The notes below the pieces were generated by a model. The model did no database searches. It saw only the letters and a list, made by a program, of their open reading frames with translations, and had not been told where the DNA came from. From positions 3,582-67,581 of the forward strand of contig CAVWPG010000007.1 in assembly GCA_963756885.1 (NCBI GenBank): DNA of 64,000 bases, written 5' to 3'. Shown piece after piece: positions 19,554 to 28,575 of this stretch. How positions within the stretch are numbered: position 1 is the stretch's first letter; the number at the start of each line of letters is the position of its first letter. A program made the translations under genes and the position numbers. Origin of the DNA: an uncultured Bacteroidales bacterium. Its GTDB lineage: Bacteria; Bacteroidota; Bacteroidia; Bacteroidales; VadinHA17.

Positions 19554-19907
19554 TTGACAGTCGTTTCATGCTCAGGGGCAAGCAACACGGGAAAATATTC
19601 AGATGTTGTTGCAAGACAGTTAATGCAATCCGGACAGGCAAAAATGCTTTGCCTTGCCCGATTTTCAATCGATAAGCAGTTCGCAGAGAAATCAAAAACC
19701 GAAATAAACAAAAATGTTGACTGGGATCGTGACGGTCTGCCACTTAAAACAAATTTTGAAGAGAGATTATCCGGATCTTGCATGTGTCAGTTGAAGCCAC
19801 GAGAGGGGAAGAAGGACAAAAGACAAAGGACAAAAGACAAAGGACAAAAGACAAAAGACAAAAGCAGGGTCATTACGTTCAATGAACTGCAATTGAGTAT
19901 ATTTTAA
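19554..19907 (+). CDS. DGC-domain-like putative zinc-binding protein, atypical (DGC replaced by DGL, repeat-encoded tail)
   Basis: The N-terminus (VVSCSGASNTGKYSDVVARQL ... MLCLARF) fits the DGC family. The name-giving motif reads DGLPLKT instead of DGCPLxC. The last ~30 codons are encoded by a GACAAA(A)G-type short tandem repeat. Confidence 0.4.
   Translation: MTVVSCSGASNTGKYSDVVARQLMQSGQAKMLCLARFSIDKQFAEKSKTEINKNVDWDRDGLPLKTNFEERLSGSCMCQLKPREGKKDKRQRTKDKGQKTKDKSRVITFNELQLSIF
19814..19864. repeat. purine-rich short tandem repeat (GGACAAAAGACAAA x2, then GGACAAAAGACAAAAGACAAAAG)
   Basis: Read directly from the sequence. It lies in the 3' end of the DGC-like ORF. Confidence 0.9.
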
Positions 19908-19927
19908 TTCACAAAAATCATATCAGT

Positions 19928-20698
19928 ATGAAACAGTCAATTGGTTTTATCGGTGGAGGAAGAGTAACAAGAATTCTTCTGCAGGCATTCAAAAATAAAA
20001 ATGCACAATTCAGTAAAATTGTTGTTACTGAACCTAACCAGGATGTTTCAGGCAAATTGAAAAAATCATTTCCTGAGATTCAGCTTGAAGATGCATCTGT
20101 AGCCGCCTCGCAGGATATTGTTTTTATTTCCCTGCATCCTCCTGTTGTAATGGATACCCTTGAGCTTATAAAGGGTAGTGTTAACAGCAATACAATAGTG
20201 ATATCTCTTGCCCCTAAAATCACTATTGCGAAAATATTATCAAAACTGAGCCAGGTAAAAAACATTGCGAGGTTAATTCCAAATGCAACATCATTTATAA
20301 ATGAAGGTTACAACCCGGTATGCTTTTCATCTGATTTTTCAAAGAGTGAAAAGAAACAGGTTCTCGAACTATTAAAGCTTATGGGTAATACTTTTGAGGT
20401 TTCAGAAGGGAAACTTGAAAGCTATGCCATCATGTCGGCCATGCTACCGACATATTTCTGGTTCCAATGGAATGAACTGGCAGAGATCGGGAAGAAAATT
20501 GGTCTGTCAGAGAAAGAGAGTAACGACTCGATAAACGACACTTTGATTGCTTCATTAAACCTGATGTACAAATCGGGATTAACTCCACAGGAGGTAATGG
20601 ATTTAATCCCGGTGAAGCCAATTGGAGAGCATGAAACACAAATCGCTGAAATTTATAAGACTAAATTGTTCGGTTTGTATGAGAAGATAAAACCCTGA
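19928..20698 (+). CDS. pyrroline-5-carboxylate reductase-like NADP oxidoreductase
   Basis: It has an N-terminal Rossmann motif (IGFIGGGRVTRILLQAF) and a ProC-like length and C-terminal dimerisation-domain pattern. Confidence 0.55.
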   Translation: MKQSIGFIGGGRVTRILLQAFKNKNAQFSKIVVTEPNQDVSGKLKKSFPEIQLEDASVAASQDIVFISLHPPVVMDTLELIKGSVNSNTIVISLAPKITIAKILSKLSQVKNIARLIPNATSFINEGYNPVCFSSDFSKSEKKQVLELLKLMGNTFEVSEGKLESYAIMSAMLPTYFWFQWNELAEIGKKIGLSEKESNDSINDTLIASLNLMYKSGLTPQEVMDLIPVKPIGEHETQIAEIYKTKLFGLYEKIKP

Positions 20699-20781
20699 AA
20701 AACAGCTTGGATTTAAATATTCTCATCTTTTAATTAAAATCTTATGTAAAAGATTTGTGAATTAATAAGAATACTGTATTT

Positions 20782-20805
20782 TTGTAAGCAATTACTTACT
20801 TACAA
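20782..20805. promoter_or_regulatory. inverted repeat TTGTAAG-N10-CTTACAA just upstream of tetR (candidate operator)
   Basis: It has 7-bp arms. A related perfect palindrome, GTAAGTACTTAC, lies at 21420-21431 upstream of the next gene. Confidence 0.4.
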
Positions 20806-20807
20806 TT

Positions 20808-21398
20808 ATGGCACGTAAAACAACCGACATCAGACAGGAGGAGATAAAACAGGCTGTCCTTGATATCATATACGCCGATGGTTTGAAAAACCTCTCTACA
20901 CATAACCTGGCAAAACGGATTGGAATGAGCGAGGGTTCTATTTTTCGCCACTTTCCAACAAAACAGGATATCATCCTTTCAATTATAAATGATGTTCAAA
21001 ATGACTTTATCGGGCAATTGCGTAATGCTTCGAACTCTGAAGGAGATGCGGAAACCCGCTTGAAGAATTTTATTTGTGCTACAATTGAATATCTCACGGC
21101 AAATAAGGGAATTACAATGCTTTTATTTTCAGAAGCATCTCACAATAACGATGCTGCACTGAAAAGCCAGCTTCAGAAGATATTCAATAGCCAGAAGGAG
21201 CTTGTAAGCAAAATTATTCTTGAGGGAATTGCTGCAGGAACATGGGACGATCAGATACCGGTTGAAAACCTCGCTATGCTTTATATGGGCATTCCGATTT
21301 CCCTTAACATCGAATTGATCCTTAGCGGGGGTGAGTTTCATACTGATAATTATTGCAACAGGATGATGCAGTTAATGCTTAAAATCCTGAAAAAGTAA
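20808..21398 (+). CDS. TetR/AcrR-family transcriptional regulator
   Basis: It has the N-terminal HTH LSTHNLAKRIGMSEGSIFRHFPTKQDI. Confidence 0.85.
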   Translation: MARKTTDIRQEEIKQAVLDIIYADGLKNLSTHNLAKRIGMSEGSIFRHFPTKQDIILSIINDVQNDFIGQLRNASNSEGDAETRLKNFICATIEYLTANKGITMLLFSEASHNNDAALKSQLQKIFNSQKELVSKIILEGIAAGTWDDQIPVENLAMLYMGIPISLNIELILSGGEFHTDNYCNRMMQLMLKILKK

Positions 21399-21419
21399 TT
21401 TTTTTTCATCTATAACAAT

Positions 21420-21431
21420 GTAAGTACTTAC
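21420..21431. promoter_or_regulatory. perfect 12-bp palindrome GTAAGTACTTAC upstream of the porin gene
   Basis: Read directly. It shares GTAAG/CTTAC half-sites with 20782-20805. Confidence 0.4.
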
Positions 21432-21437
21432 TTATAT

Positions 21438-22772
21438 ATGAATAAAACTATTACCATAATAATCCTGCTCATCTGTTTTACAGCTGTCAATGGTCAGTCG
21501 GACAACTCCAAAGTTAAATTTGATCTGTCGGTGCGTTACCGGTTTGAATTGTGGAATGGGATGAATGTCAGGAATTACGGGGATGATAGTCCGGCTGGCG
21601 TTGGCAAGCTAAATGACAAGATCCTCTTTCAACGGGTCATAACTGGTCTTACTCTTAAGCCCATTAATAAATTAACCATTGCATTTCATTTGCAGGATTC
21701 ACGTGCTTTCGGTTGGTCACTGCGTAATAGTCAGTACCCTGATCTTTTCAAGGTTCGTAAGGCAGGTACTCAGACACCTTATTATACTATGAACCCAAAT
21801 GAAGAGTTTTTTGAGATTTATGATGCGTATATTGAATATGATCAGCTATTGAAGAATTTAAAAGTAAAGCTTGGCAGACAAAAAATATTTTATGGCGATT
21901 CAAGGATTTTTGGTCCGGGTGAATGGGGAAACACAGGGCGTTGGACATGGGATGCGATGAAAGTTTCATATAAAAAGGGAGAAAATTTTATAGACGTTTT
22001 TGCTGGAGGAACCAAAATACATGATCCTGAAAGAATTTCCATTCCGTTTACACAGACTGAGTTCTGGGGTGGAGGAATGTATGCCCACCTTGGTATTCCT
22101 AAGGTACTTAATATTGAGCCTTTCTACGCTTATAAAACAGAAGGATCAGCAGACTATATCAATACTCTCCGATTTAAAAGAAATTGGACGGGGATCAGAA
22201 TCTTTAATAATGACTTTAATCATTTTGTAATTGATCTTACAGCAGTTAACGAATTCGGCAAAGAAAGCGATAAAGCCATAAATGCTTATGGATGGTTTGC
22301 AAAGCTTGGATATCAATTCCATGATATCCCAACAAATCCGATCATCAGTATAAGGGAAAGTTATGCTTCGGGAGGCAGGAAAACGGATGATAAGGTTTAC
22401 ACCTTCGAACCTGCGTACGGAGCTAACGATAAGTACTATGGCTGGATGAACATTACATCGTGGTCAAATCTTGACGACCGGGAAATTGTCCTTGAACTTT
22501 TCCCGGTGAAAGAAATGTGGATAGAAGTAAAATACAATAGGTTCTATATCCCTGTTCCTGAGGATGTAACACTTTTAAATACAATGAAGTTGGAACCAGG
22601 GAAGCACCATCCTGGTGATGAAATCGATACTTTTATCAGGTACCAGGTTCTGAAACACTGGCAATTGACAGGAGCATTCGGATATTTTATTCCCGGGAAC
22701 ATATTGCCAATTAATAACAAACCTGCAAAGGATGCTGAATGGTATTCTATACAGGTGCTTTTCACTTTTTAA
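21438..22772 (+). CDS. outer-membrane beta-barrel, alginate-export-family-like porin
   Basis: It has a signal peptide, alternating beta-strand pattern and a terminal aromatic residue (..QVLFTF). The family call comes from the RYRFELW and LGRQKIFYGD motifs. Confidence 0.5.
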   Translation: MNKTITIIILLICFTAVNGQSDNSKVKFDLSVRYRFELWNGMNVRNYGDDSPAGVGKLNDKILFQRVITGLTLKPINKLTIAFHLQDSRAFGWSLRNSQYPDLFKVRKAGTQTPYYTMNPNEEFFEIYDAYIEYDQLLKNLKVKLGRQKIFYGDSRIFGPGEWGNTGRWTWDAMKVSYKKGENFIDVFAGGTKIHDPERISIPFTQTEFWGGGMYAHLGIPKVLNIEPFYAYKTEGSADYINTLRFKRNWTGIRIFNNDFNHFVIDLTAVNEFGKESDKAINAYGWFAKLGYQFHDIPTNPIISIRESYASGGRKTDDKVYTFEPAYGANDKYYGWMNITSWSNLDDREIVLELFPVKEMWIEVKYNRFYIPVPEDVTLLNTMKLEPGKHHPGDEIDTFIRYQVLKHWQLTGAFGYFIPGNILPINNKPAKDAEWYSIQVLFTF

Positions 22773-22793
22773 TACTTAAACAACTTAATAATT

Positions 22794-23549
22794 ATGGCAT
22801 ACTTTATTGTGTTTCTGGTTATTACAATTGCTTCATTCATTTTTGCAATGCTTGGTTTGGGTGGGGGGATGGTTTATGTTCCGGTGATCAACTGGTTTGG
22901 TTTCGATATGAAAGAGGTAGCTATTCCTCTGGGACTTCTCCTCAACGGATTAAATACCCTGTTTGCCCTTATTCCTTTTGCACGCAAGAAACTCATCGAC
23001 TGGAAAGGTGGGGCTGTAATGGCAGTTGCTGCTGTAATTGCTTCACCAATTGGTTCCTGGTTTGCTCAATATGTTCCGGTAGGGACATTGAAAATATTCT
23101 TTGCTGCAATGGTTGTGGTTGCTGCAGTCAGAACCTTAATGGTATCAGGCAATGCAGATCCTGAAACTATGATGTCATTTAAAAGACGGGCAATCATTGG
23201 TCTTTTTGTCGGGATCTTCGCTGGTTTCGTGGGAGGTATGTTAGGTATTGGTGGCGGTTTTATTATTGCTCCGATTTTAATGTGGATGGGATATAAGACA
23301 AAAGAGGCGGCAGCAACGACAGCCTTTGTAGTCACCTTCTCTTCTTTCTCAGGTTATTTTGGACACATGGCACAAGGACACATGAACTGGACGCTTACAA
23401 TTGTTTTGATTGTATCTGTAATTATTGGTTCCCAGTTCGGTGCAAGATATCTGTCTTCAAAAGCCAAATCAAGGCAGGTAAAGATTATATATGCTGTCGT
23501 GTTGCTTCTTATAGCGGCCAAATTGGTTATTGATGTTCTGTTAAAATAA
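22794..23549 (+). CDS. TauE/SafE-family anion exporter
   Basis: It has eight TM helices and duplicated GxGGG motifs (MLGLGGGMVYVP, MLGIGGGFIIAP). Confidence 0.8.
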   Translation: MAYFIVFLVITIASFIFAMLGLGGGMVYVPVINWFGFDMKEVAIPLGLLLNGLNTLFALIPFARKKLIDWKGGAVMAVAAVIASPIGSWFAQYVPVGTLKIFFAAMVVVAAVRTLMVSGNADPETMMSFKRRAIIGLFVGIFAGFVGGMLGIGGGFIIAPILMWMGYKTKEAAATTAFVVTFSSFSGYFGHMAQGHMNWTLTIVLIVSVIIGSQFGARYLSSKAKSRQVKIIYAVVLLLIAAKLVIDVLLK

Positions 23550-23582
23550 ATTATTATAATATTCACTTTAAAATTTAAAATC

Positions 23583-24245
23583 ATGATTGATCCAAAAGAT
23601 TGGCTCGAATTCGGGCAAAAGTTTCACGGACATAAATGTCCCGCCATGCCAATGGGCTTGCGTGTTGGTGCTGCAGCAATGAATAGGCTTGGAATTGAAC
23701 GTGCAAAAGACGGACAGATTATTGCTTTCGTCGACTTAGGCGATGACCATTGTGCCACTTGTTATGGTGATGGTTTGCAGGTTATAATGGGAACCACATT
23801 TGGCAAGGGGAATCTCAAAAAAACACATAAAGGAAAATGGGCAGTTACAGTAGTTGACAAAGCTACCAACAGGGCAGTGAGAGTAACCCCTAAAGCGGAA
23901 GCAATGCTTAATAATAAGAAAACTGCATTCTTCACCGAATACAGGATGGTCGGGAAACCTGCCAGTACAGTTCCAGCTGAAGTAGTTGATCCCCTCATTA
24001 CAGGAGTTATGAATGCTCCTGATGAAATGTTGCTAAAAGTATCTGATATCTTTGAATACAAACTTGAGCCGAAAAAAGACAGTTTTGATGGCTTTGTTTG
24101 CGAAGAATGTGGTGAGATGACTGTTATGGAGTATGGAAGAATAAAAGGTGATAAGAAGGTTTGCATGGATTGCGCAGCAAAATATTATTCTCAATTTTAT
24201 GAAAAAGCTGAACTACATTGTTCAGCTTTTTTTATAATCTTATAA
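23583..24245 (+). CDS. FmdE-family protein with C-terminal zinc ribbon
   Basis: FHGHKCPAMPMGLRVG is the FmdE-domain signature. The C-terminal cysteine pairs are CEECGE...CMDCA. Confidence 0.75.
   Translation: MIDPKDWLEFGQKFHGHKCPAMPMGLRVGAAAMNRLGIERAKDGQIIAFVDLGDDHCATCYGDGLQVIMGTTFGKGNLKKTHKGKWAVTVVDKATNRAVRVTPKAEAMLNNKKTAFFTEYRMVGKPASTVPAEVVDPLITGVMNAPDEMLLKVSDIFEYKLEPKKDSFDGFVCEECGEMTVMEYGRIKGDKKVCMDCAAKYYSQFYEKAELHCSAFFIIL
24203..24233 (+). terminator. rho-independent terminator overlapping the end of the FmdE-family ORF
   Basis: The stem is aaaagctgaac / gttcagctttt with a 6-nt loop, followed by a T-run. It separates the TetR-porin-TauE-FmdE block from the arsR2-arsC-arsM-acr3 block. 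Confidence 0.6.
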
Positions 24246-24344
24246 TTAGAGTTGAATATGAGATTTCTGATTGAAGAATATGTTGTCAAAAGTATTTGAT
24301 ATTTGCAAATAATATCGTATATTTGCGTCATTAGATGCAAATGT

Positions 24345-24665
24345 ATGAATAAAGCAGAAAAATTCGAAGATTCATTACAGGAACTTTCCCGTTTTGCGCA
24401 AAGTTCTCTCTCATCCCGCACGTTTGGCAATTCTGAAATATCTTGCAGAAACAAAAACCTGTATTTCTGGAGATATTTCTGATGATCTACCATTAGGCCG
24501 TACAACTGTCTCCCAACATCTGAAGGAACTTAAAGATATAGGCCTGATAAATGGAGAAATAGATGGACTGAAAATCAATTATTGCTTAAACTCATGAGAA
24601 ATCGGAACTGAATAATCTTGAGATATTTTGAAAATTTCTTTAAACCGGTAAAAAATGAAAAATAA
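24345..24665 (+). pseudogene. arsR: second ArsR-family regulator, apparently frameshifted (about three frame changes)
   Basis: ATG 24345 gives MNKAEKFEDSLQELSRFAQ. The HTH core (LSHPARLAILKYLAE...TVSQHLKELKDIGLI...INYCLN) is in the next frame (TTG ORF 24394-24597). The expected tail (HEKSELNNLEIF, then FENFFKPVKNEK-stop at 24663-24665) needs two more shifts. Alternatively a truncated 67-aa product is made. Confidence 0.45.
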
Positions 24666-24690
24666 AAATAATTTATGAAAAACACTAAAA

Positions 24691-25116
24691 ATGAAAATAC
24701 TAATATTATGCACGGGCAACAGTTGCCGCAGCCAGATGGCAAAGGGGTTTTTACAATCGTTTGACAAGAATCTGGATGTTCATTCGGCAGGAACAGAACC
24801 TGCGTCACAGATAAATCAAACTGCAGTAAAAGTAATGCACGAAGCCGGCATCGATATAAGCCGGAATGTTCCCAGGTCAGTTGATATCTACCTGAAGGAA
24901 GAATGGGAGTATGTTATAACTGTGTGCGATGATGCAAAAGAATCTTGCCCGTTTTTCTCAGGAAAAGTAAAACACAGGTTGCACATGGGGTTTGAAGATC
25001 CCTCACATGCTAAAGGTTCTGATGAATATATTCTAAGCGAGTTCCGACGAGTAAGGGACGAGATAAAAGATAGTTTTTTTACATTCTATACTACTCAAAT
25101 TAAACCACAATTATGA
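24691..25116 (+). CDS. arsC: arsenate reductase, LMW-PTPase (thioredoxin-coupled) type
   Basis: It has the CX5R P-loop MKILILCTGNSCRSQMA, plus downstream cysteines typical of the Trx-coupled ArsC family. Confidence 0.9.
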   Translation: MKILILCTGNSCRSQMAKGFLQSFDKNLDVHSAGTEPASQINQTAVKVMHEAGIDISRNVPRSVDIYLKEEWEYVITVCDDAKESCPFFSGKVKHRLHMGFEDPSHAKGSDEYILSEFRRVRDEIKDSFFTFYTTQIKPQL

Positions 25117-25916
25117 AAGCAGAAGATTTAAAACTAATAGTAAAGGAGAAATATGGTGAAATTGCTCAACAAAGCAATCCACAATCTTCATCATGCTGCG
25201 GAACATCATCATGTTGCTCAGGAGTTGATTACACAACATTCAGTGAAAGTTATGAAAATCTGAAGGGATATAATCCTGATGCAGACCTTAATCTTGGTTG
25301 CGGAATTCCAACAGAATATGCCCATATTAAAACTGGTGATACAGTTATTGACCTTGGTTCAGGAGCTGGAAATGACTGTTTCGTGGCCCGGTCGCTTGCC
25401 GGAGAGACAGGAAAGGTAATCGGGGTGGATATGACAGAAGCTATGATAAACAAAGCCAGGACAAATAATGATAAGCTCGGCTACAATAACGTTGAATTTC
25501 GGCTGGGTGATATTGAGGATATGCCCGTTTCAGAAAATTCGGCCGATGTCGTGATAAGCAATTGCGTCCTGAATCTTGTCCCGGATAAAAATAAGGCATT
25601 CAGCGAGATCTTCAGGATCTTAAAACCGGGGGGGCATTTATCCGTCTCTGATGTAGTGTTGCGAGGCACACTGGACAAAAAAATTCAGGATGCTGCTGAA
25701 ATGTATGCAGGCTGTGTTTCCGGGGCAATTGATATTGACCTGTACCTGGCTATTATGAAAGACTCGGGGCTCATCGGCATTAAAGTTCAGAAGGACAGGA
25801 TTATCATAATACCTGATGAGACATTATTGAATTACCTTGACAAGGCTGAACTGACGACTTTCAAAAAATCCGGCTCCGGCATATACAGCATAACAGTCTA
25901 TGCAGAAAAACCATAA
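25113..25916 (+). CDS. arsM: arsenite S-adenosylmethionine methyltransferase
   Basis: It has an N-terminal cysteine cluster (SSCCGTSSCCSG) and a SAM-binding motif (VIDLGSGAGND). It overlaps arsC by 4 bp. Confidence 0.85.
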   Translation: MKAEDLKLIVKEKYGEIAQQSNPQSSSCCGTSSCCSGVDYTTFSESYENLKGYNPDADLNLGCGIPTEYAHIKTGDTVIDLGSGAGNDCFVARSLAGETGKVIGVDMTEAMINKARTNNDKLGYNNVEFRLGDIEDMPVSENSADVVISNCVLNLVPDKNKAFSEIFRILKPGGHLSVSDVVLRGTLDKKIQDAAEMYAGCVSGAIDIDLYLAIMKDSGLIGIKVQKDRIIIIPDETLLNYLDKAELTTFKKSGSGIYSITVYAEKP

Positions 25917-25937
25917 TAAATATTAACCCATATATGT

Positions 25938-27017
25938 ATGAAAGCCCGACTGAAATTTGCCGACAGGTATCTGACCGTATGGATCTTCCTTGCAATGATT
26001 ATCGGAGTCTTTTCGGGATATTTCTTCCCGTCGGTTGCAACATTCTGGGATTCACTGAAATCATCTCCTGAGAGCACAACCAATATTCCTATTGCGATTG
26101 GTCTTATTCTGATGATGTATCCCCCTCTTGCAAAAGTTAAATATGATGAATTAGGGGGAGTATTCAGAAACTTTAAAATTCTGGGTCTCTCACTTGTGCA
26201 GAACTGGATAATAGGACCTGTGCTTATGTTTGCTCTTGCGATAGTATTCTTTAAGCTTTTCCCAGGAAAAGACAACGCAAATCTTCCGTATATGTACGGG
26301 ATCATAATGATTGGACTGGCTCGCTGTATAGCCATGGTGATAGTTTGGAACGATCTTGCCAGAGGAGATTCAGAATATTGTGCAGGACTGGTCGCATTCA
26401 ATTCAATCTTTCAGGTATTGCTTTTTTCGGTCTATGCATGGGTTTTTATAGCTGTTCTGCCGGGATGGTTTGGCGTACCTACAAATTCTGTTGTTGAGAA
26501 CATAACGATAAGCCAGATAGCGAAGAGCGTTTTTATTTATCTCGGAATACCGTTCATAGCAGGTTTTCTGACCCGGTTTATTTTGATCAGGGTCAGAAGC
26601 AGGGAATGGTATCAAACACGGTTTATTCCCAGGATCAGTCCCCTAACCCTGATAGCCTTACTCTTCACTATAATAGTAATGTTTTCCCTGAAAGGGGAGT
26701 ACATAGTAAAATTGCCTTTGGATGTTATAACGATCGCCGTGCCTCTTATAATTTATTTTGTCATCATGTTTATGTTCACCTTCTATATGAGCAGGAAGGC
26801 AGGTGCTACATATGGACAAACGGCTACGCTGTCGTTTACTGCTGCCAGCAATAATTTTGAGCTTGCCATAGCAGTTGCGATAGCCGTTTTCGGGTTAAAT
26901 TCAGGGGAAGCCTTTACCGCTGTGATCGGACCTCTGGTTGAGGTGCCCGTTATGATTGGGCTGGTAAATGTTGCCCTGGCTTTAAGGCGAAAATATTTTG
27001 CAGCGCAGGCAGGCTAA
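25938..27017 (+). CDS. acr3: ACR3-family arsenite efflux transporter
   Basis: The N-terminus ([20 protein letters not shown]), ten TM helices and conserved RCIAMV and ELAIAVAI segments are typical of ACR3. Confidence 0.9.
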   Translation: MKARLKFADRYLTVWIFLAMIIGVFSGYFFPSVATFWDSLKSSPESTTNIPIAIGLILMMYPPLAKVKYDELGGVFRNFKILGLSLVQNWIIGPVLMFALAIVFFKLFPGKDNANLPYMYGIIMIGLARCIAMVIVWNDLARGDSEYCAGLVAFNSIFQVLLFSVYAWVFIAVLPGWFGVPTNSVVENITISQIAKSVFIYLGIPFIAGFLTRFILIRVRSREWYQTRFIPRISPLTLIALLFTIIVMFSLKGEYIVKLPLDVITIAVPLIIYFVIMFMFTFYMSRKAGATYGQTATLSFTAASNNFELAIAVAIAVFGLNSGEAFTAVIGPLVEVPVMIGLVNVALALRRKYFAAQAG

Positions 27018-27565
27018 GGGCTTCGTTTTCAATGTCTGTTAGTTATCCTTTTACATACCTGCTTATTAAGCATACCTGAAGTTTTTGAGTCCGATAATAA
27101 AACTTGCCCGGGAAATAATAGAGAACACTATTGGTTACAATCCGAAGAAGTCTGGATAACCATTATAATCGGATTCATCAGAAAACGAATACGGGATTGA
27201 TCTTACCTGAATTTTCCATAAATATTAAAGCAAAGGTTATAAACCCATAGCAGAATAAAAAAGTAATATACGCCAACAAAAAATTCTGAAATTGAATGCC
27301 GTGAATTTCTTCTGGCGCTTAATGACAATCCTATTCTCCTGAACAATTAGCCGGGGTTCATGTTTTTCTAATAGATGAAGATGAAAAGATAACCTGATCG
27401 TGAAGTCTCATGAAGGATATATTGAAGAACAGGAATTGATATGAGTTTTTTCCAGCGATTTGTGGAAGGATTTTAACAACATGGGGCATTGCATTATTTG
27501 GATTCCTCAACACAATATAACAATGCTGTTATATAACATAAGGCGAAAATTAAATACTATCAAAT

Positions 27566-28271
27566 ATGAACTCTGTTAAAAATCAAATTGCTGAGATTTC
27601 AATAAGAAAATCGGCTATAATCGCAGGGATTAGTCTTTTGTTTATGGCGATTATTGCACCGATCGCAAATTTTGCAATTATTCAAAAATTAATTGATTAT
27701 AATGATGCTGCGAAGACTGTTGGAAATATTGTCGCTTCCAACGGATTATTTCGTATTGGGATTGGTTTGTTTTTGATTGTTGCTTTGCTCGACATAATTG
27801 TTGCCTGGGCATTGTATGTTTTTCTGAAACCCATTAACAGGCAGTTATCATTGCTTACAGCATGGCTAAGGATAGTATATGCTACAATTTTAATCGCAGC
27901 TCCTTATTTATCTTCTGAATGTTTTGGCGCTTCTGAATGGGGCAGAATATCTATCTGGTTTTTCTACAGCTCAACTAAATTCACAGGTGATGATCTCCTT
28001 AAATATGTTTACCCGTGGCTGGGAATTCGGACTGATTGTCTTTGGTTTTCACTTATTGCTTCTGGGATACCTGATACTTAAAGCCGGATATATGCGTAAG
28101 ATCCTGGGATCTCTGATAATATTGGCAGCGTTGGGATATTTGATCGATGGTTTTGGCAAACTACTTTTAACTGATTACGGCATAAGCGTCAGTATGTTTA
28201 CTTTTATTGGTGAAGTGATACTTATATTTTGGCTGTTAATAAAAGGCAGAAAGATTGAAGCAAGGAAATAA
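27566..28271 (+). pseudogene. DUF4386-family membrane protein, one frameshift
   Basis: ORFs 27566-28081 and 27924-28271 together reproduce the DUF4386 layout (..AWLRIVYATIL.. then ..AEYLSGFSTAQLNSQVM..FGFHLLLLGYLILKAGYM..). A short direct duplication (cttctgaatg ... cttctgaatg, about 27912-27940) sits at the frame change. Confidence 0.6.
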
Positions 28272-28575
28272 TATAGAATATCACTACCAAACGGATAAAT
28301 GGTCAAATTAGCAAGAGATTCTTCGCTTCACTTCGTTTCGCTCAGAATCTCAAACTTTTAGTCGGACAGTAGTAATAGAATATAGAATAAAAGGAGAAAT
28401 GCAGAATTACAATAGCCGGTTCATTAGTAAATTGATCCGAATTTACCCGATTCGATTTCCTTCCGGCCTGATAAGTATGAAGTATGCTCCCGATGGCTCA
28501 CGGTACTGCTTCTATTCTTATAATAACCTTTATGCACAATTTATTAAACTCATTGTCCTGAATAAATAAGTCATT

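Noticed and set aside
25898-26401. 167-aa minus-strand ORF.
   Set aside because: It is antisense to acr3, which has strong family motifs.
27018-27565. 550-bp gene-free AT-rich stretch after acr3, considered as a possible hidden RNA gene or gene remnant.
   Set aside because: I could not find inverted repeats, conserved motifs or a decayed reading frame by eye. It is left unannotated.
28315-28351. Hairpin gagattct-(21 nt: tcgcttcacttcgtttcgctc)-agaatctc in the intergenic region before the hydrolase pseudogene.
   Set aside because: It resembles a short palindromic motif (tcgcttc...ctcagaat) that I believe is common in Bacteroidota intergenic DNA. It is a single copy here, with nothing distinctive to follow up.
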